Positions 20,460 to 29,921 of a stretch of 64,000 nt of DNA are shown piece after piece. The notes under the pieces were generated by a model. The model was not told the origin of the DNA. It was given only the letters and a program-made list of their open reading frames with translations, and did not search any database. The stretch comes from Candidatus Poribacteria bacterium (lineage in GTDB: Bacteria > Poribacteria > WGA-4E > PCPOR2b). Position numbers and translations under genes: made by a program. Where the stretch lies: the NCBI GenBank assembly GCA_965208325.1, contig OZ242326.1, positions 1,600,001 through 1,664,000 on the forward strand, in the 5' to 3' direction. Position 1 is the first letter of the stretch; each line of letters opens with the position of its first letter.

Positions 20460-20933
20460 ATGGAAAACTTGAGTGTTGGCGATCTCGCGCCTGACTTTAC
20501 GCTTAGCGGCTCTATCGGTTCCGAGGATACCGAAGTTTCGTTGAGCGATTTCAAAGGGAAAAATTTGGTGGTAGTGTTTTATCCTCTTGATTTCTCTCCG
20601 GTGTGCTCAGTTCAGATTCCGGACTTCAATGAAGATTTGGACGAAATCCGTTCAAAAAACGCAGACGTGGTTGCGATAAACCGTGACTCGGTGTTTGCTC
20701 ACAAGGCATGGAGCGAACATCTTGGGGGTGTGAATTTTCCGCTCTTGTCTGATATGAATCTAGAAGTATCAGCGAAGTTTGGGATGGCGCTTGGCGACGT
20801 GGGGATTACAAATCGCGGCGTAATAATCATTGATGGTGAAGGAAGGATTGCTTTCAAGCATATTGAAAACGCACCGCCGGATAATACACTCGCAGTTAAG
20901 CAGGTCATACGCGAACTTGATGCATTAAATTAG
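20460..20933 (+). CDS. Peroxiredoxin (AhpC/TSA, 1-Cys type)
   Basis: APDFTL and FYPLDFSPVC motifs. Confidence 0.9.
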   Translation: MENLSVGDLAPDFTLSGSIGSEDTEVSLSDFKGKNLVVVFYPLDFSPVCSVQIPDFNEDLDEIRSKNADVVAINRDSVFAHKAWSEHLGGVNFPLLSDMNLEVSAKFGMALGDVGITNRGVIIIDGEGRIAFKHIENAPPDNTLAVKQVIRELDALN

Positions 20934-21061
20934 GGGCGCGATTTCAACGGTTTCACGCCGCTATGAAACCAGCTTTAGTAGGATCATAATCCAGAGTGCG
21001 TTATTGAATTGAAATTTGCTGAAAATCATGCGTTGAACTAGAAGAATCAGGAGACAAAGCC

Positions 21062-22027
21062 ATGCACCTCGGTGCGGTATCATCGGTGTTTATGACGCGC
21101 CCGTTGAGGGAGGCGGCCCAAAAAATGCATGCATTGGGGCTGGAGTCCATCGAACTCGGGGCGGGCGGATACTTTCCCAAAACCCACTGCAATCCGGCAG
21201 AGTTGTTAACGGATTCGGCTGCGCTAGCAACGTTCCAAGAGACGCTCGCGGAATTTGAATTGGCAATCAGTGCCTTTGCTATGCACGGCGAACCGCTGCA
21301 CCCCGACCCGGCAATTGCTGCACCCTACGACCAAGACTTTCGCGATACCTGCAAACTGGCGGAAAAGATTGGCGTCACACGCATAACGCTCTTGGGCGGG
21401 TTGCCTGAAGCGGTTCCCGGAGACAAGGAGCCGAATTGGATTCTATATCCGTTTCCGCCGCGCAACATGGACATGCACGAATGGCAGTGGGAAGCGCGGC
21501 TCATCCCATATTGGAAAGAACACGGACGAATTGCCGAAGATCACGGCGTTCGCCTCTGCTTTGAAATGCACCCCGGTGACATGATATTTAAACCCGAAGC
21601 GCTTCTGCGTCTGCGCGACGCGGTCGGACCGGTCGTCGGCTGCAACCTTGACCCGTCTCACCTGTTTTGGCAGGGCATGGACATTCACGAGGTGATTCGG
21701 ACAATTGGCGGCGATATAATTTACCATACGCACGCCAAAGACAGCTTGCCCGATCCGCATGTAGTCCGAGTGAACGGGATTTTAGATGCCAAAGACTTCC
21801 AAGATTGCGAGAACAGGAGTTGGATCTTTCGTACTGTCGGATACGGGCACGACGAGGAATTCTGGCGTAAATTTGTTAGTGCACTGAGGACAGTGGGTTA
21901 CGATGATGTATTATCTATCGAACACGAAGATCCGTTGATTGATCCTGAAGAAGGATTTGAGCTTGCTGTCGGTGTGTTGCAGAAGGTGCTCATCCGTAAG
22001 CCGGCGGCGAAGCTGTGGTATGAGTAG
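21062..22027 (+). CDS. Sugar phosphate isomerase/epimerase (xylose isomerase-like TIM barrel)
   Basis: FEMHPG, NLDPSHLFWQG, HTHAKD, SIEHED motifs. Confidence 0.9.
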   Translation: MHLGAVSSVFMTRPLREAAQKMHALGLESIELGAGGYFPKTHCNPAELLTDSAALATFQETLAEFELAISAFAMHGEPLHPDPAIAAPYDQDFRDTCKLAEKIGVTRITLLGGLPEAVPGDKEPNWILYPFPPRNMDMHEWQWEARLIPYWKEHGRIAEDHGVRLCFEMHPGDMIFKPEALLRLRDAVGPVVGCNLDPSHLFWQGMDIHEVIRTIGGDIIYHTHAKDSLPDPHVVRVNGILDAKDFQDCENRSWIFRTVGYGHDEEFWRKFVSALRTVGYDDVLSIEHEDPLIDPEEGFELAVGVLQKVLIRKPAAKLWYE

Positions 22028-22043
22028 CAATGTGGAGATTGCT

Positions 22044-22901
22044 ATGAAAATCGGCGTGAATCTATGGATATGGGGTTCGCCCTTTCGAACCGACGAACAT
22101 TTGGAACTCATCCCTCAGATTAAAGCGTGGGGCGGCGAGGTAATTGAACTTGCTACAGAAGATGACGCAGAGATTGACACCAGAGCGGTGCGTCAAGCAC
22201 TTGACGGGGAAGGGATGTCTGCATCCGTGATCGGCGTTTTCGGGTCGGTTCGAGATCTGTCGCACCCCGATGCCGCCGTTAGGCAGAACGGCATTGATTA
22301 CGCCAAACGCTCCGTTGATACGTGTGCCGAGATTGGCGCAACGATATTTTCCGGAGCCGTCGCCGGCGTTGGCGGCGGGGAGTTGCTTTTGGGGGATGCA
22401 CGCCAATCTCGTATCAATCAGGCTGCGGAGTGCTTGCATGAACTTGGGGATTATTCCGCCCAAGCGGGCGTGCAATTTGTGATTGAGATACTCAATCGCT
22501 ACGAGACCAATTTCCTCAACACCGCGGCAGAGGCTCGTGAACTTATAAATCTCGTCAATCACCCCGCCGTTGGAATACATCTTGATACATTCCACATGAG
22601 TCATGAGGAGAAAAATCTAGGCGATGCCATTCGGCAGGCAGACAATAAACTAATGCACTTTCACGGCAGCGCTAGTCACCGTGGAACCCCGGGAACCGGG
22701 CTAGTGCAGTGGGATGACGTGGCAACCGCATTGAGGGACATCAACTACGACGGATATGTGGTTATTGAGTCGTTTAACCCACGGAGCCCGATAGGTCCGC
22801 TTGCACGATTTTGGCGTTTTTTCACTGAGTCGCCGGAGACTCTCGCACGAGAGGGCATTGCCTTCCTGAAAGGGGCGCTGCTCGGAGAAGGAGAGATGTG
22901 A
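22044..22901 (+). CDS. D-psicose/D-tagatose 3-epimerase family protein
   Basis: EILNRYETNFLNT, HLDTFHM, HRGTPGTG, VIESF motifs. Confidence 0.85.
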   Translation: MKIGVNLWIWGSPFRTDEHLELIPQIKAWGGEVIELATEDDAEIDTRAVRQALDGEGMSASVIGVFGSVRDLSHPDAAVRQNGIDYAKRSVDTCAEIGATIFSGAVAGVGGGELLLGDARQSRINQAAECLHELGDYSAQAGVQFVIEILNRYETNFLNTAAEARELINLVNHPAVGIHLDTFHMSHEEKNLGDAIRQADNKLMHFHGSASHRGTPGTGLVQWDDVATALRDINYDGYVVIESFNPRSPIGPLARFWRFFTESPETLAREGIAFLKGALLGEGEM

Positions 22902-23006
22902 ACACTACGCTAACCGGTGGCATGACGCACATAAAAACAAAAAAACTAAGTTGAGCTGAGTAAACTATATTGCCATGTTAGAATATTTAAATCAAGGAGA
23001 AAACTA

Positions 23007-24056
23007 ATGAAACAGTTGTTGAAGGTTACTTTTTTTGCGGCAATCGTCTGCTTGTCGATTCCAGCGTCCAGTCTTGCACAGACGGTCGTGTCGTTCAATC
23101 CCCCTGTAATGGAATCACCTGACGCCGCACAGCAATTCACTATTGATGTTCAAATCTCAAATGCAACCGATGTCTTCGGATATCAAATCGCGCTTACCTT
23201 TGACTCTACCGCACTCGCATACGTCAGCGTCCAAAATGGAGACTTCTTAGCGGGATCTATCGGTCCGCCAACACTCCCCCCAATCGTCGCTGACGGTGAA
23301 ATCAAGTTCGGCGCAACCCTATTAGGTGCAGTGCCCGGTGTCAATGGAGACGGAACACTCGCAACCGTTACATTTGAGGTCGTTGCTGTGAAAGCATCGA
23401 CTCTCGGACTTGATGTTAAGGTTATTGATTCAAACGACCAGCAGTTGGAATTGACAACTGAATCAGGTACGATTACCGGCGCACCGCTCGAACCTGTGAG
23501 AACTGAACCGGAAGGCGATGTGTTATCGTTTGAAGCGTCGATTTCGAGTGCAAACACACCAGCCAAAGGCTTTATCGCTGTATGGGAAGGGGTAATGGAG
23601 ATACAGGCGGGTACGTTCATTGAATATCAGGTGATGTTCTCAGGGATTAGCGTCCACACACAAGGCGGTGTCTACGCTCACACTGCCGACGGTAGAATCG
23701 TTGGTCTCGTTGATGATGCTGCTGGGTCGGATTGGCAGCACCGCAAGGTCTCACTCGACGATATTGTCGGCAGTGAAATTGTTGCGATTACAGTTGGCAC
23801 GGATAACGGAGGCAATCCGGATAATCCAGCGGGGTTATTTGGAATGGTGATTGACAACGTGCAGATAACCAGCGATGCGGGTGTTTTGACGAAGGTATGG
23901 GTTGACGAAAGTACGATTGGCGGTGCGCAGGAGGCGGCTGCAGCGTATGGAGATTCTACAGGTGTTGAGGGCATGCGGGCATTCATCTCTGCCGTTTCTG
24001 TTGAACCCCAATCAAAGATGTTGACAAGTTGGGGTCATCTTAAAGCAGCGCGTTGA
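23007..24056 (+). CDS. Secreted protein with cohesin-like domain and conserved C-terminal tail
   Basis: Signal peptide; GYQIALTFD..L.YVS..NGDFL...G.GTLATVTF cohesin pattern; ends SVEPQSKMLTSWGHLKAAR. Confidence 0.8.
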   Translation: MKQLLKVTFFAAIVCLSIPASSLAQTVVSFNPPVMESPDAAQQFTIDVQISNATDVFGYQIALTFDSTALAYVSVQNGDFLAGSIGPPTLPPIVADGEIKFGATLLGAVPGVNGDGTLATVTFEVVAVKASTLGLDVKVIDSNDQQLELTTESGTITGAPLEPVRTEPEGDVLSFEASISSANTPAKGFIAVWEGVMEIQAGTFIEYQVMFSGISVHTQGGVYAHTADGRIVGLVDDAAGSDWQHRKVSLDDIVGSEIVAITVGTDNGGNPDNPAGLFGMVIDNVQITSDAGVLTKVWVDESTIGGAQEAAAAYGDSTGVEGMRAFISAVSVEPQSKMLTSWGHLKAAR

Positions 24057-24075
24057 ACGAACAACTCATTGTATG

Positions 24076-24229
24076 TAGGACTTGCGCACTTCAGATTGAA
24101 GTTGCCCGATTCATAAGGCGTCGAAGCGCATTGGCAAACTCAACACCCATTGTAGGTGGGGCATCTTGCCCCGCATTGGAGGTGAAGCATCGAATTACCA
24201 CACTTCATCCTTCAACTGCGAAAGTTCGA
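24076..24229. mobile_element. Degenerate copy of the TAGGACTTACGCA-type MITE
   Basis: TAGGACTTGCGCACTT ... AACTGCGAAAGTTCGA, similar in length to 504-653, with an internal GTAG palindrome; no clear TSD. Confidence 0.45.
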
Positions 24230-24368
24230 ATAAGTAAAACCCCTTCAATTAGGCGCTCAGTTCGCCGATAAATTCTAGTGTGCATGGATAGGAGTTCGTG
24301 GACTGGCAATTCACTTCTGATGTGTTAGGAAAACCAGCAGTAATTTTACCGCCAAAGGAGAAGAATTT

Positions 24369-25148
24369 ATGTACCGTTTATCCGCCTGTGCTGATACACT
24401 TTTTCTCAATCTGCCGTTTGAGGAGCGCGTAAAGAAAATTTGTGCGGCGGGATTCTTAGCTGAGTTTTGGCTCTGGGACGGGCGCGACATGGATGCCCTA
24501 GCTGCTGACTCAACAATTCAGGTCAATAACTTTGTCATTGGTCCCGGCGACGGTTGTATCGTTCATCCGGACTATGTGGAGGGATACTTTGCCAACGTCG
24601 AAGAGGGGCTTACGATAGCCAAAAAGCTGCGGTGCCGGCGATTCATTGCCCTGAGCGGAGGACTTAGCCCGGAAACAGGTGCGTCGACACACCCGGTTGC
24701 CGCACATCCGATTGCCCGATGGGTGACAGCCTACAAAGCCTTGCGCCGATTGGGCGACATCGCTGAACAACACGATGTTGTCTTCAGCCTAGAACACCTG
24801 AACATCAAATTAGACCATCCTGGATATCCACTGGCAAATGTAGAAGACGCAGCCCGTTTGGTGAGGGAGGTCGACAGCCCCGGGATAAAGTTGCTCCTAG
24901 ACCTTTATCACGCCCAGGTCCAGGAAGGAAACCTGATTGAGCTAATTCGAGAATATCATGACATTGTCGGGCACATTCACGTCGCAGACGTTCCCGGACG
25001 ACATGAGCCAGGTACGGGAGAGATAAATTATCCCCAGGTGGTCGAAACGCTGCACGAGGTTGGCTACGATGGCGTCGTCGGCTTGGAGGCCTTCCCCAAG
25101 AATGACGACTATGAGGCAATGGATCGCTTCCGCGACATATTCGGCTAG
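24369..25148 (+). CDS. Hydroxypyruvate isomerase-like TIM barrel protein
   Basis: LEHLN...DHPG, DLYHAQ..EGN, ADVPGRHEPGTGEINY motifs. Confidence 0.9.
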   Translation: MYRLSACADTLFLNLPFEERVKKICAAGFLAEFWLWDGRDMDALAADSTIQVNNFVIGPGDGCIVHPDYVEGYFANVEEGLTIAKKLRCRRFIALSGGLSPETGASTHPVAAHPIARWVTAYKALRRLGDIAEQHDVVFSLEHLNIKLDHPGYPLANVEDAARLVREVDSPGIKLLLDLYHAQVQEGNLIELIREYHDIVGHIHVADVPGRHEPGTGEINYPQVVETLHEVGYDGVVGLEAFPKNDDYEAMDRFRDIFG

Positions 25149-25202
25149 AAGAATCTACCACAAAAACTCAGTTTACAGTCCAAGCTGAAAAGAAAAAAAT
25201 AC

Positions 25203-26249
25203 ATGCAGAGATATTCCCCCGAATTCCTTACTACTGTGACACAGGACGTGTTTATTGCCTGTGGGTCGCCGCCGGGCGAAGCTGCAATCGTGGCGGAGCA
25301 GTTGGTTGGCAATAACCTAATGGGTATGGATTCTCACGGGGTGGTGAGAATTCCCCAGTACGTAGGGTGGGTTGAGCAGGGCACCGTCAAAGCGGGCGCA
25401 CAGGTTTCACTGGTCGAGGAAAATGGCGGTACTGCGGTTGTTGATTGTGGATTTAATTTTGGCCAGGTTGGCGGACTCCGGGCGATGGAGATAGCCATTA
25501 CAAAGGCTAAGGAATATAAGGTTGCCTGCGTCGTTACCCGCCGCTGCACTCACGTGGGGCGTTTAGGTTACTTCACCCAAATTGCGGCTGAAAACGGCAT
25601 GTTCGCGATGGCAATGGTCAACGGCTGTAAGGACGTACATTGGGTGGTGCCGTTTGGCGGACGGGAAGGACGGCTGGCAACCAATCCAATATCGTATGCG
25701 GTGCCCGGAGTGGACCACCCAATTGTGTCTGATATGGCAACAAGCATGACTGCCGAGGGAAAGGTCCGCGTTCACCGGAATCGGGGGCAAATGCTGCCAG
25801 AAGGGTGGATACTTGATGCGGACGGCAATCCGAGTGTAGACCCCCACGACCTTTACGGTCCTCCTCATGGCTGGATTCTACCGCTTGGGGGCAGCGCGGG
25901 ACATAAAGGATTTGCATTAGGATTGCTGGTGGATTTGCTGAGCGGAACCCTGGCTGGTGATTTCATCACGGAAGACAGGCCTCGAGGAACTCAAGGAGTA
26001 TGCTTTTTTGTAATTGATATCTCGGCGTTTGTGCCTACCGACCGGTTCCGCCATCTAATGGACGACTTCATTTCGTATTTCAAATCTACCCCGCCCATGC
26101 CGGGTCTTCAAGAAGTGATGATGCCGGGAGAAGTTGAATTAAAAACTCTCGCAGACCGGCAAGAGAACGGCATCCCTATTGAATCGTTCACTTGGGGTCA
26201 GATTCAGGAAACTGCCAATAAACTCAACGTTGAGATTGCAGAACACTAA
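25203..26249 (+). CDS. Ldh_2 family (malate/L-lactate/ureidoglycolate) dehydrogenase
   Basis: DSHGV.RI, H.GRLG, TNPI, DMATS, GHKGFAL, PGE.E motifs. Confidence 0.92.
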   Translation: MQRYSPEFLTTVTQDVFIACGSPPGEAAIVAEQLVGNNLMGMDSHGVVRIPQYVGWVEQGTVKAGAQVSLVEENGGTAVVDCGFNFGQVGGLRAMEIAITKAKEYKVACVVTRRCTHVGRLGYFTQIAAENGMFAMAMVNGCKDVHWVVPFGGREGRLATNPISYAVPGVDHPIVSDMATSMTAEGKVRVHRNRGQMLPEGWILDADGNPSVDPHDLYGPPHGWILPLGGSAGHKGFALGLLVDLLSGTLAGDFITEDRPRGTQGVCFFVIDISAFVPTDRFRHLMDDFISYFKSTPPMPGLQEVMMPGEVELKTLADRQENGIPIESFTWGQIQETANKLNVEIAEH

Positions 26250-26503
26250 AGTCGTCGTAATATTTTACCTTTTCTCTGCACTAACAGAATCACTTCAGAT
26301 AATATAAACCTCATTCCGAATTGTTAATTTCGCAATAACCTCGTCAGATAGTCTAACTACCCTACACTATCATAACACAACTAAGTGGAATTCATGTAAA
26401 TCGGTCGAACCATTGTGCACTGCCTAGGTTCGATTCGATTCATGTGCAAGTGCTCTCCCTTCCATCGGGCAATACACAGGCTTTGACTTAGGGCGGGCTC
26501 AAA

Positions 26504-26790
26504 CGGGTGCGACGAAACGATTGCGCGGCAGCACACACTGGCTTTATCGCCATCTAATCACAGGTGTCCTAACCCACAGGTGTAGTTGACATGAGTTCTT
26601 AGTCGACGGTTTCATCTGTTGAACATAAGGCGATGCTAGTGGGATTGGCACCTGAGAGCGTCATTGCCGTGGCTGCTCTGACTGTTGTTGCGTGTCCATG
26701 ATGGCAGCGGTTATTTAGATTTACTTAATTTTTGACATAAAATCGAAAGAATTCATTAAAATTACTTGGTTTGAATTTCGTCACGCCCCG
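26504..26790. mobile_element. Putative 287-bp MITE / internally deleted IS
   Basis: Imperfect TIRs CGGGTGCGACGAAA / TTTCGTCACGCCCCG; TCAAA repeated at 26499-26503 and 26791-26795. Confidence 0.5.
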
Positions 26791-26908
26791 TCAAATTTCA
26801 TTGATTTGAGCGCGGTAGAGCGCTTCTTTTTGGAAAACGGCGAAATATGCAGCGTTGAACAGTAAATTCAATGACATACAACGAATATCAATTTGAGGAG
26901 CAATAGTA

Positions 26909-27796
26909 ATGAATGTTAAAATCGGTAGTGCGCCGGACAATTGGGGCGTCTGGTTTGCGGATGATCCCAAGCAAACCCCATGGCACCGATTCCTAGATGA
27001 AATGGTCGAAGCTGAATATGAGTGGACCGAACTTGGGCCTTACGGTTATCTACCAACCGATTTGCCTACACTTCGGTCTGAACTGGACAAACGGGATATG
27101 AAGGTGTCTGGTACGTTTGCCATGGATCATCTCGAAGATCCTGAGTCATGGCCGACGTTGGAAAGGCAGCTGCTTGGCGCAGGCGAATCGCTGGCGTTTC
27201 TCGGTGCTGTATACCTTGTGTTGATCGACGATACCTACACCAATCCCTTTACGGGTGATCTACAGAGACCTAAGTCACTCGATGAAAGTTCGTGGAAACG
27301 ACTAATTGACACAACGCACAAGGTGGCGGATATCGCACGCGACCGATTCGCGCTCCAGGTGGTCTTTCACCCTCACGCTGATACACATGTCGAATACGAA
27401 GATCAGATAGAGATGTTTCTGGAACAGACCGATCCCGATCGGGTGAAGATTTGCTTCGATACGGGCCATCATGCTTATCGCCACGGCGACCCGGTGGATT
27501 TCATGCGGCGGCACCACAACCGAGTGCCCTACTTGCATCTCAAGAGCATTGATGAGAACATACGGCAGAAGGTCGAAGCCGAAGACATTCCGTTCGCCAC
27601 TGCTGTGAGTATGGATATGTTCTGTGAACCAGCCGCTGGCGCCGTGGATTTTCTTGCGTTCCGGGACGTGCTCCGCGAGGTTGATTACGACGGCTTTGCA
27701 ATCGTGGAACAGGACATGTACCCTGCACCGTTTGACAAACCTCTGCCCATCGCCAAACGCACCCGCGCATACCTGCGTGAAATTGGCATCGGTTGA
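26909..27796 (+). CDS. Inosose dehydratase (IolE)-like TIM barrel protein
   Basis: APDNWGVWF, ELGPYGYLP, FHPHADT.VE, DTGH, YLHLK, IVEQDMYP motifs. Confidence 0.85.
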   Translation: MNVKIGSAPDNWGVWFADDPKQTPWHRFLDEMVEAEYEWTELGPYGYLPTDLPTLRSELDKRDMKVSGTFAMDHLEDPESWPTLERQLLGAGESLAFLGAVYLVLIDDTYTNPFTGDLQRPKSLDESSWKRLIDTTHKVADIARDRFALQVVFHPHADTHVEYEDQIEMFLEQTDPDRVKICFDTGHHAYRHGDPVDFMRRHHNRVPYLHLKSIDENIRQKVEAEDIPFATAVSMDMFCEPAAGAVDFLAFRDVLREVDYDGFAIVEQDMYPAPFDKPLPIAKRTRAYLREIGIG

Positions 27797-27880
27797 AGTT
27801 GATGCGGCAGCGTAAATACGCCAATCAACTTGCGCCTGTTGGTAAAAACACTCATCTCTACAATTATTAGGAGTAGGACT

Positions 27881-29137
27881 ATGCTCTTCAACAAAGACCG
27901 GGCAGCAGATTATATGCGGCGTTGCGACGTTGATGTTCTCATTGCAACGTCACCCGTGAACATCACATATTTTTCAGGTTATTTTTCCTGGCTGGATCCA
28001 CTGTTCAGAGAGTATATGATGGCGCCAGGGAAGTCGAGCAATTTGGATCAAACGGCGCCGTACGCCATCTTCCCGCTTGAAGGCGAGCCCGCGCTCGTTA
28101 TCACCCCATTGTTTGCGGTTAATGCCGCCGATTTGTGGGTAAAGGATTTGCATATTTTTGGCGATGCGCTCTTAGATGAATCGGTGCCGCCCACAGCCTT
28201 GTCCGACTCGGACCGCCGTTTTTTCGAGTTGCTTCATGGGAAGCAACAAAATGCAACACCGACCGACGCAGTTTTGAGCGTCTTAAAAGCGCGTGGATTG
28301 ACGGATGCGCGGATTGGCTTGGATATGGAAGGGTTAACGCCGTTATCGAAAACACAAATTGAGCGTGGGTTGCCAAGGGCAACGATTAAGGATTGCTCAA
28401 ACCTCATTCGCCTCATTCGGATGGTCAAAACAGAAGATGAACTATCGAAACTGACCCGCGCCGCCGAAATCAGCGAGCGGGCGGCAATGGAAAGTTTTGC
28501 AATCGCGAAACCCGGCCGACCCATATCTGAAATCGTTCAGCACTACCGTGCGCAGGTAGCTAGCAATGGCGCATATTTCGACCACTTCGCGTACGGTGTT
28601 CGGGGTCTAGGCATTGCCACAGAGTCAAACCATGTCTTGACCGAAGACGATTTTCTCTACGTGGATTTTGGCTGCATTTATAATTACTGTTTCTCGGACA
28701 CCGGTACGACTTTGGCGATGCGCGAGCCTTCTGCATCAATCCTCGAAAGGCATGCAGCACTGCGCGCTTGTACACGTGCAGGTGTAGAGGTTATGCAGCC
28801 GGGAGTGAAAACCTCGGAGGTTCAAGCCGCTATGTGGCAAACCCTCAACGAACACGGAGTCACCGCCTCGTTTCCACACGGGCACGGCTTGGGTCTGGAA
28901 GTGCGGGACTACCCAATCATCGTTGCTGACAACGGCCAACGTATCAGAGACGATTGCGTGGACGTGCCATCGGACCTGCCGCTCGAAGCGGACATGGTAA
29001 TAAACTTGGAGGCAATGATCTCCATTCCGGGCGTCGGGACATTGCACATCGAGCAATCATTTGTCGTTACCGCTGACGGGAGTCGTCCGCTCGTGCCGCA
29101 GTACCGTGAGCGCCCCATTCTACCTAACTCGGCCTAA
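27881..29137 (+). CDS. M24 family Xaa-Pro peptidase-like protein
   Basis: RMVKTEDEL, D.G.....SD, HGHGLGLE, NLE, IEQ metal ligands. Confidence 0.88.
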   Translation: MLFNKDRAADYMRRCDVDVLIATSPVNITYFSGYFSWLDPLFREYMMAPGKSSNLDQTAPYAIFPLEGEPALVITPLFAVNAADLWVKDLHIFGDALLDESVPPTALSDSDRRFFELLHGKQQNATPTDAVLSVLKARGLTDARIGLDMEGLTPLSKTQIERGLPRATIKDCSNLIRLIRMVKTEDELSKLTRAAEISERAAMESFAIAKPGRPISEIVQHYRAQVASNGAYFDHFAYGVRGLGIATESNHVLTEDDFLYVDFGCIYNYCFSDTGTTLAMREPSASILERHAALRACTRAGVEVMQPGVKTSEVQAAMWQTLNEHGVTASFPHGHGLGLEVRDYPIIVADNGQRIRDDCVDVPSDLPLEADMVINLEAMISIPGVGTLHIEQSFVVTADGSRPLVPQYRERPILPNSA

Positions 29138-29153
29138 CGCTTGTAAGGATCCC

Positions 29154-29885
29154 ATGAGCAAATCAAGCATACTAGTTTTTAGTGCGCATGCCGCCGACTT
29201 TTGCTCACGCAGCGGCGGGACAATAGCGCTGTACGTCCGCAGCGGTGCACAAGTTCACGTAATTGACTTGACCTTCGGTGAACGCGGGGAATCCGAAGAT
29301 TATTGGGCGCGAGTTCAGTCTAAATCAATGAGTCAGGCGAGGGAAACACGCACACAAGAAGCCGAAGAAGCCGCTTCTATTCTTGGGGCAAGTATCGAGT
29401 TTATGGATTACGGCGACTATCCTCTGATGATCGATAGAGCCCGCCTAGATTCGATGGCGAGGCTAATCCGGCAGCGGCGCCCGGACATTATATTGACTCA
29501 CTGGAAGATAGACCCTCACAACATAGACCATGAAGTAACGACAGCATCGGTCATACGTGCAGCTACAATGGCTGCCGCACCCGGTTTTGACCACGACGGC
29601 GAAACAGTTCATCCCTTTCCACATCTTTTTGGTTTTGAACCGTCGGTTCCGCGCGATGACATAACAGGCTTTGTACCGGACACCTACGTAGATATTACAG
29701 AGGTCTTCGAGACCAAAATCACCGCGCTACACGCTCTCCGATCGCAAACAAAGTTGGTCTCGCGGTACACACAATGGGCGGAATACCGAGGTGCGCAGGC
29801 AACACAGTGGAGTGGACAACAAATAAAATACGCGGAAGCCTTTAAACGGTACACAGCGTCCGTGGGAACTCGATTGCCGTGCTAA
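29154..29885 (+). CDS. PIG-L/LmbE family protein, GalB (4-oxalomesaconate hydratase)-like
   Basis: SAHAADF..RSGG, TFGERGES, THW..DP.N.DH, AEAF motifs. Confidence 0.8.
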   Translation: MSKSSILVFSAHAADFCSRSGGTIALYVRSGAQVHVIDLTFGERGESEDYWARVQSKSMSQARETRTQEAEEAASILGASIEFMDYGDYPLMIDRARLDSMARLIRQRRPDIILTHWKIDPHNIDHEVTTASVIRAATMAAAPGFDHDGETVHPFPHLFGFEPSVPRDDITGFVPDTYVDITEVFETKITALHALRSQTKLVSRYTQWAEYRGAQATQWSGQQIKYAEAFKRYTASVGTRLPC

Positions 29886-29921
29886 GGTCTAAATCATAAC
29901 GATTTGATACTCTCAGAGCGG

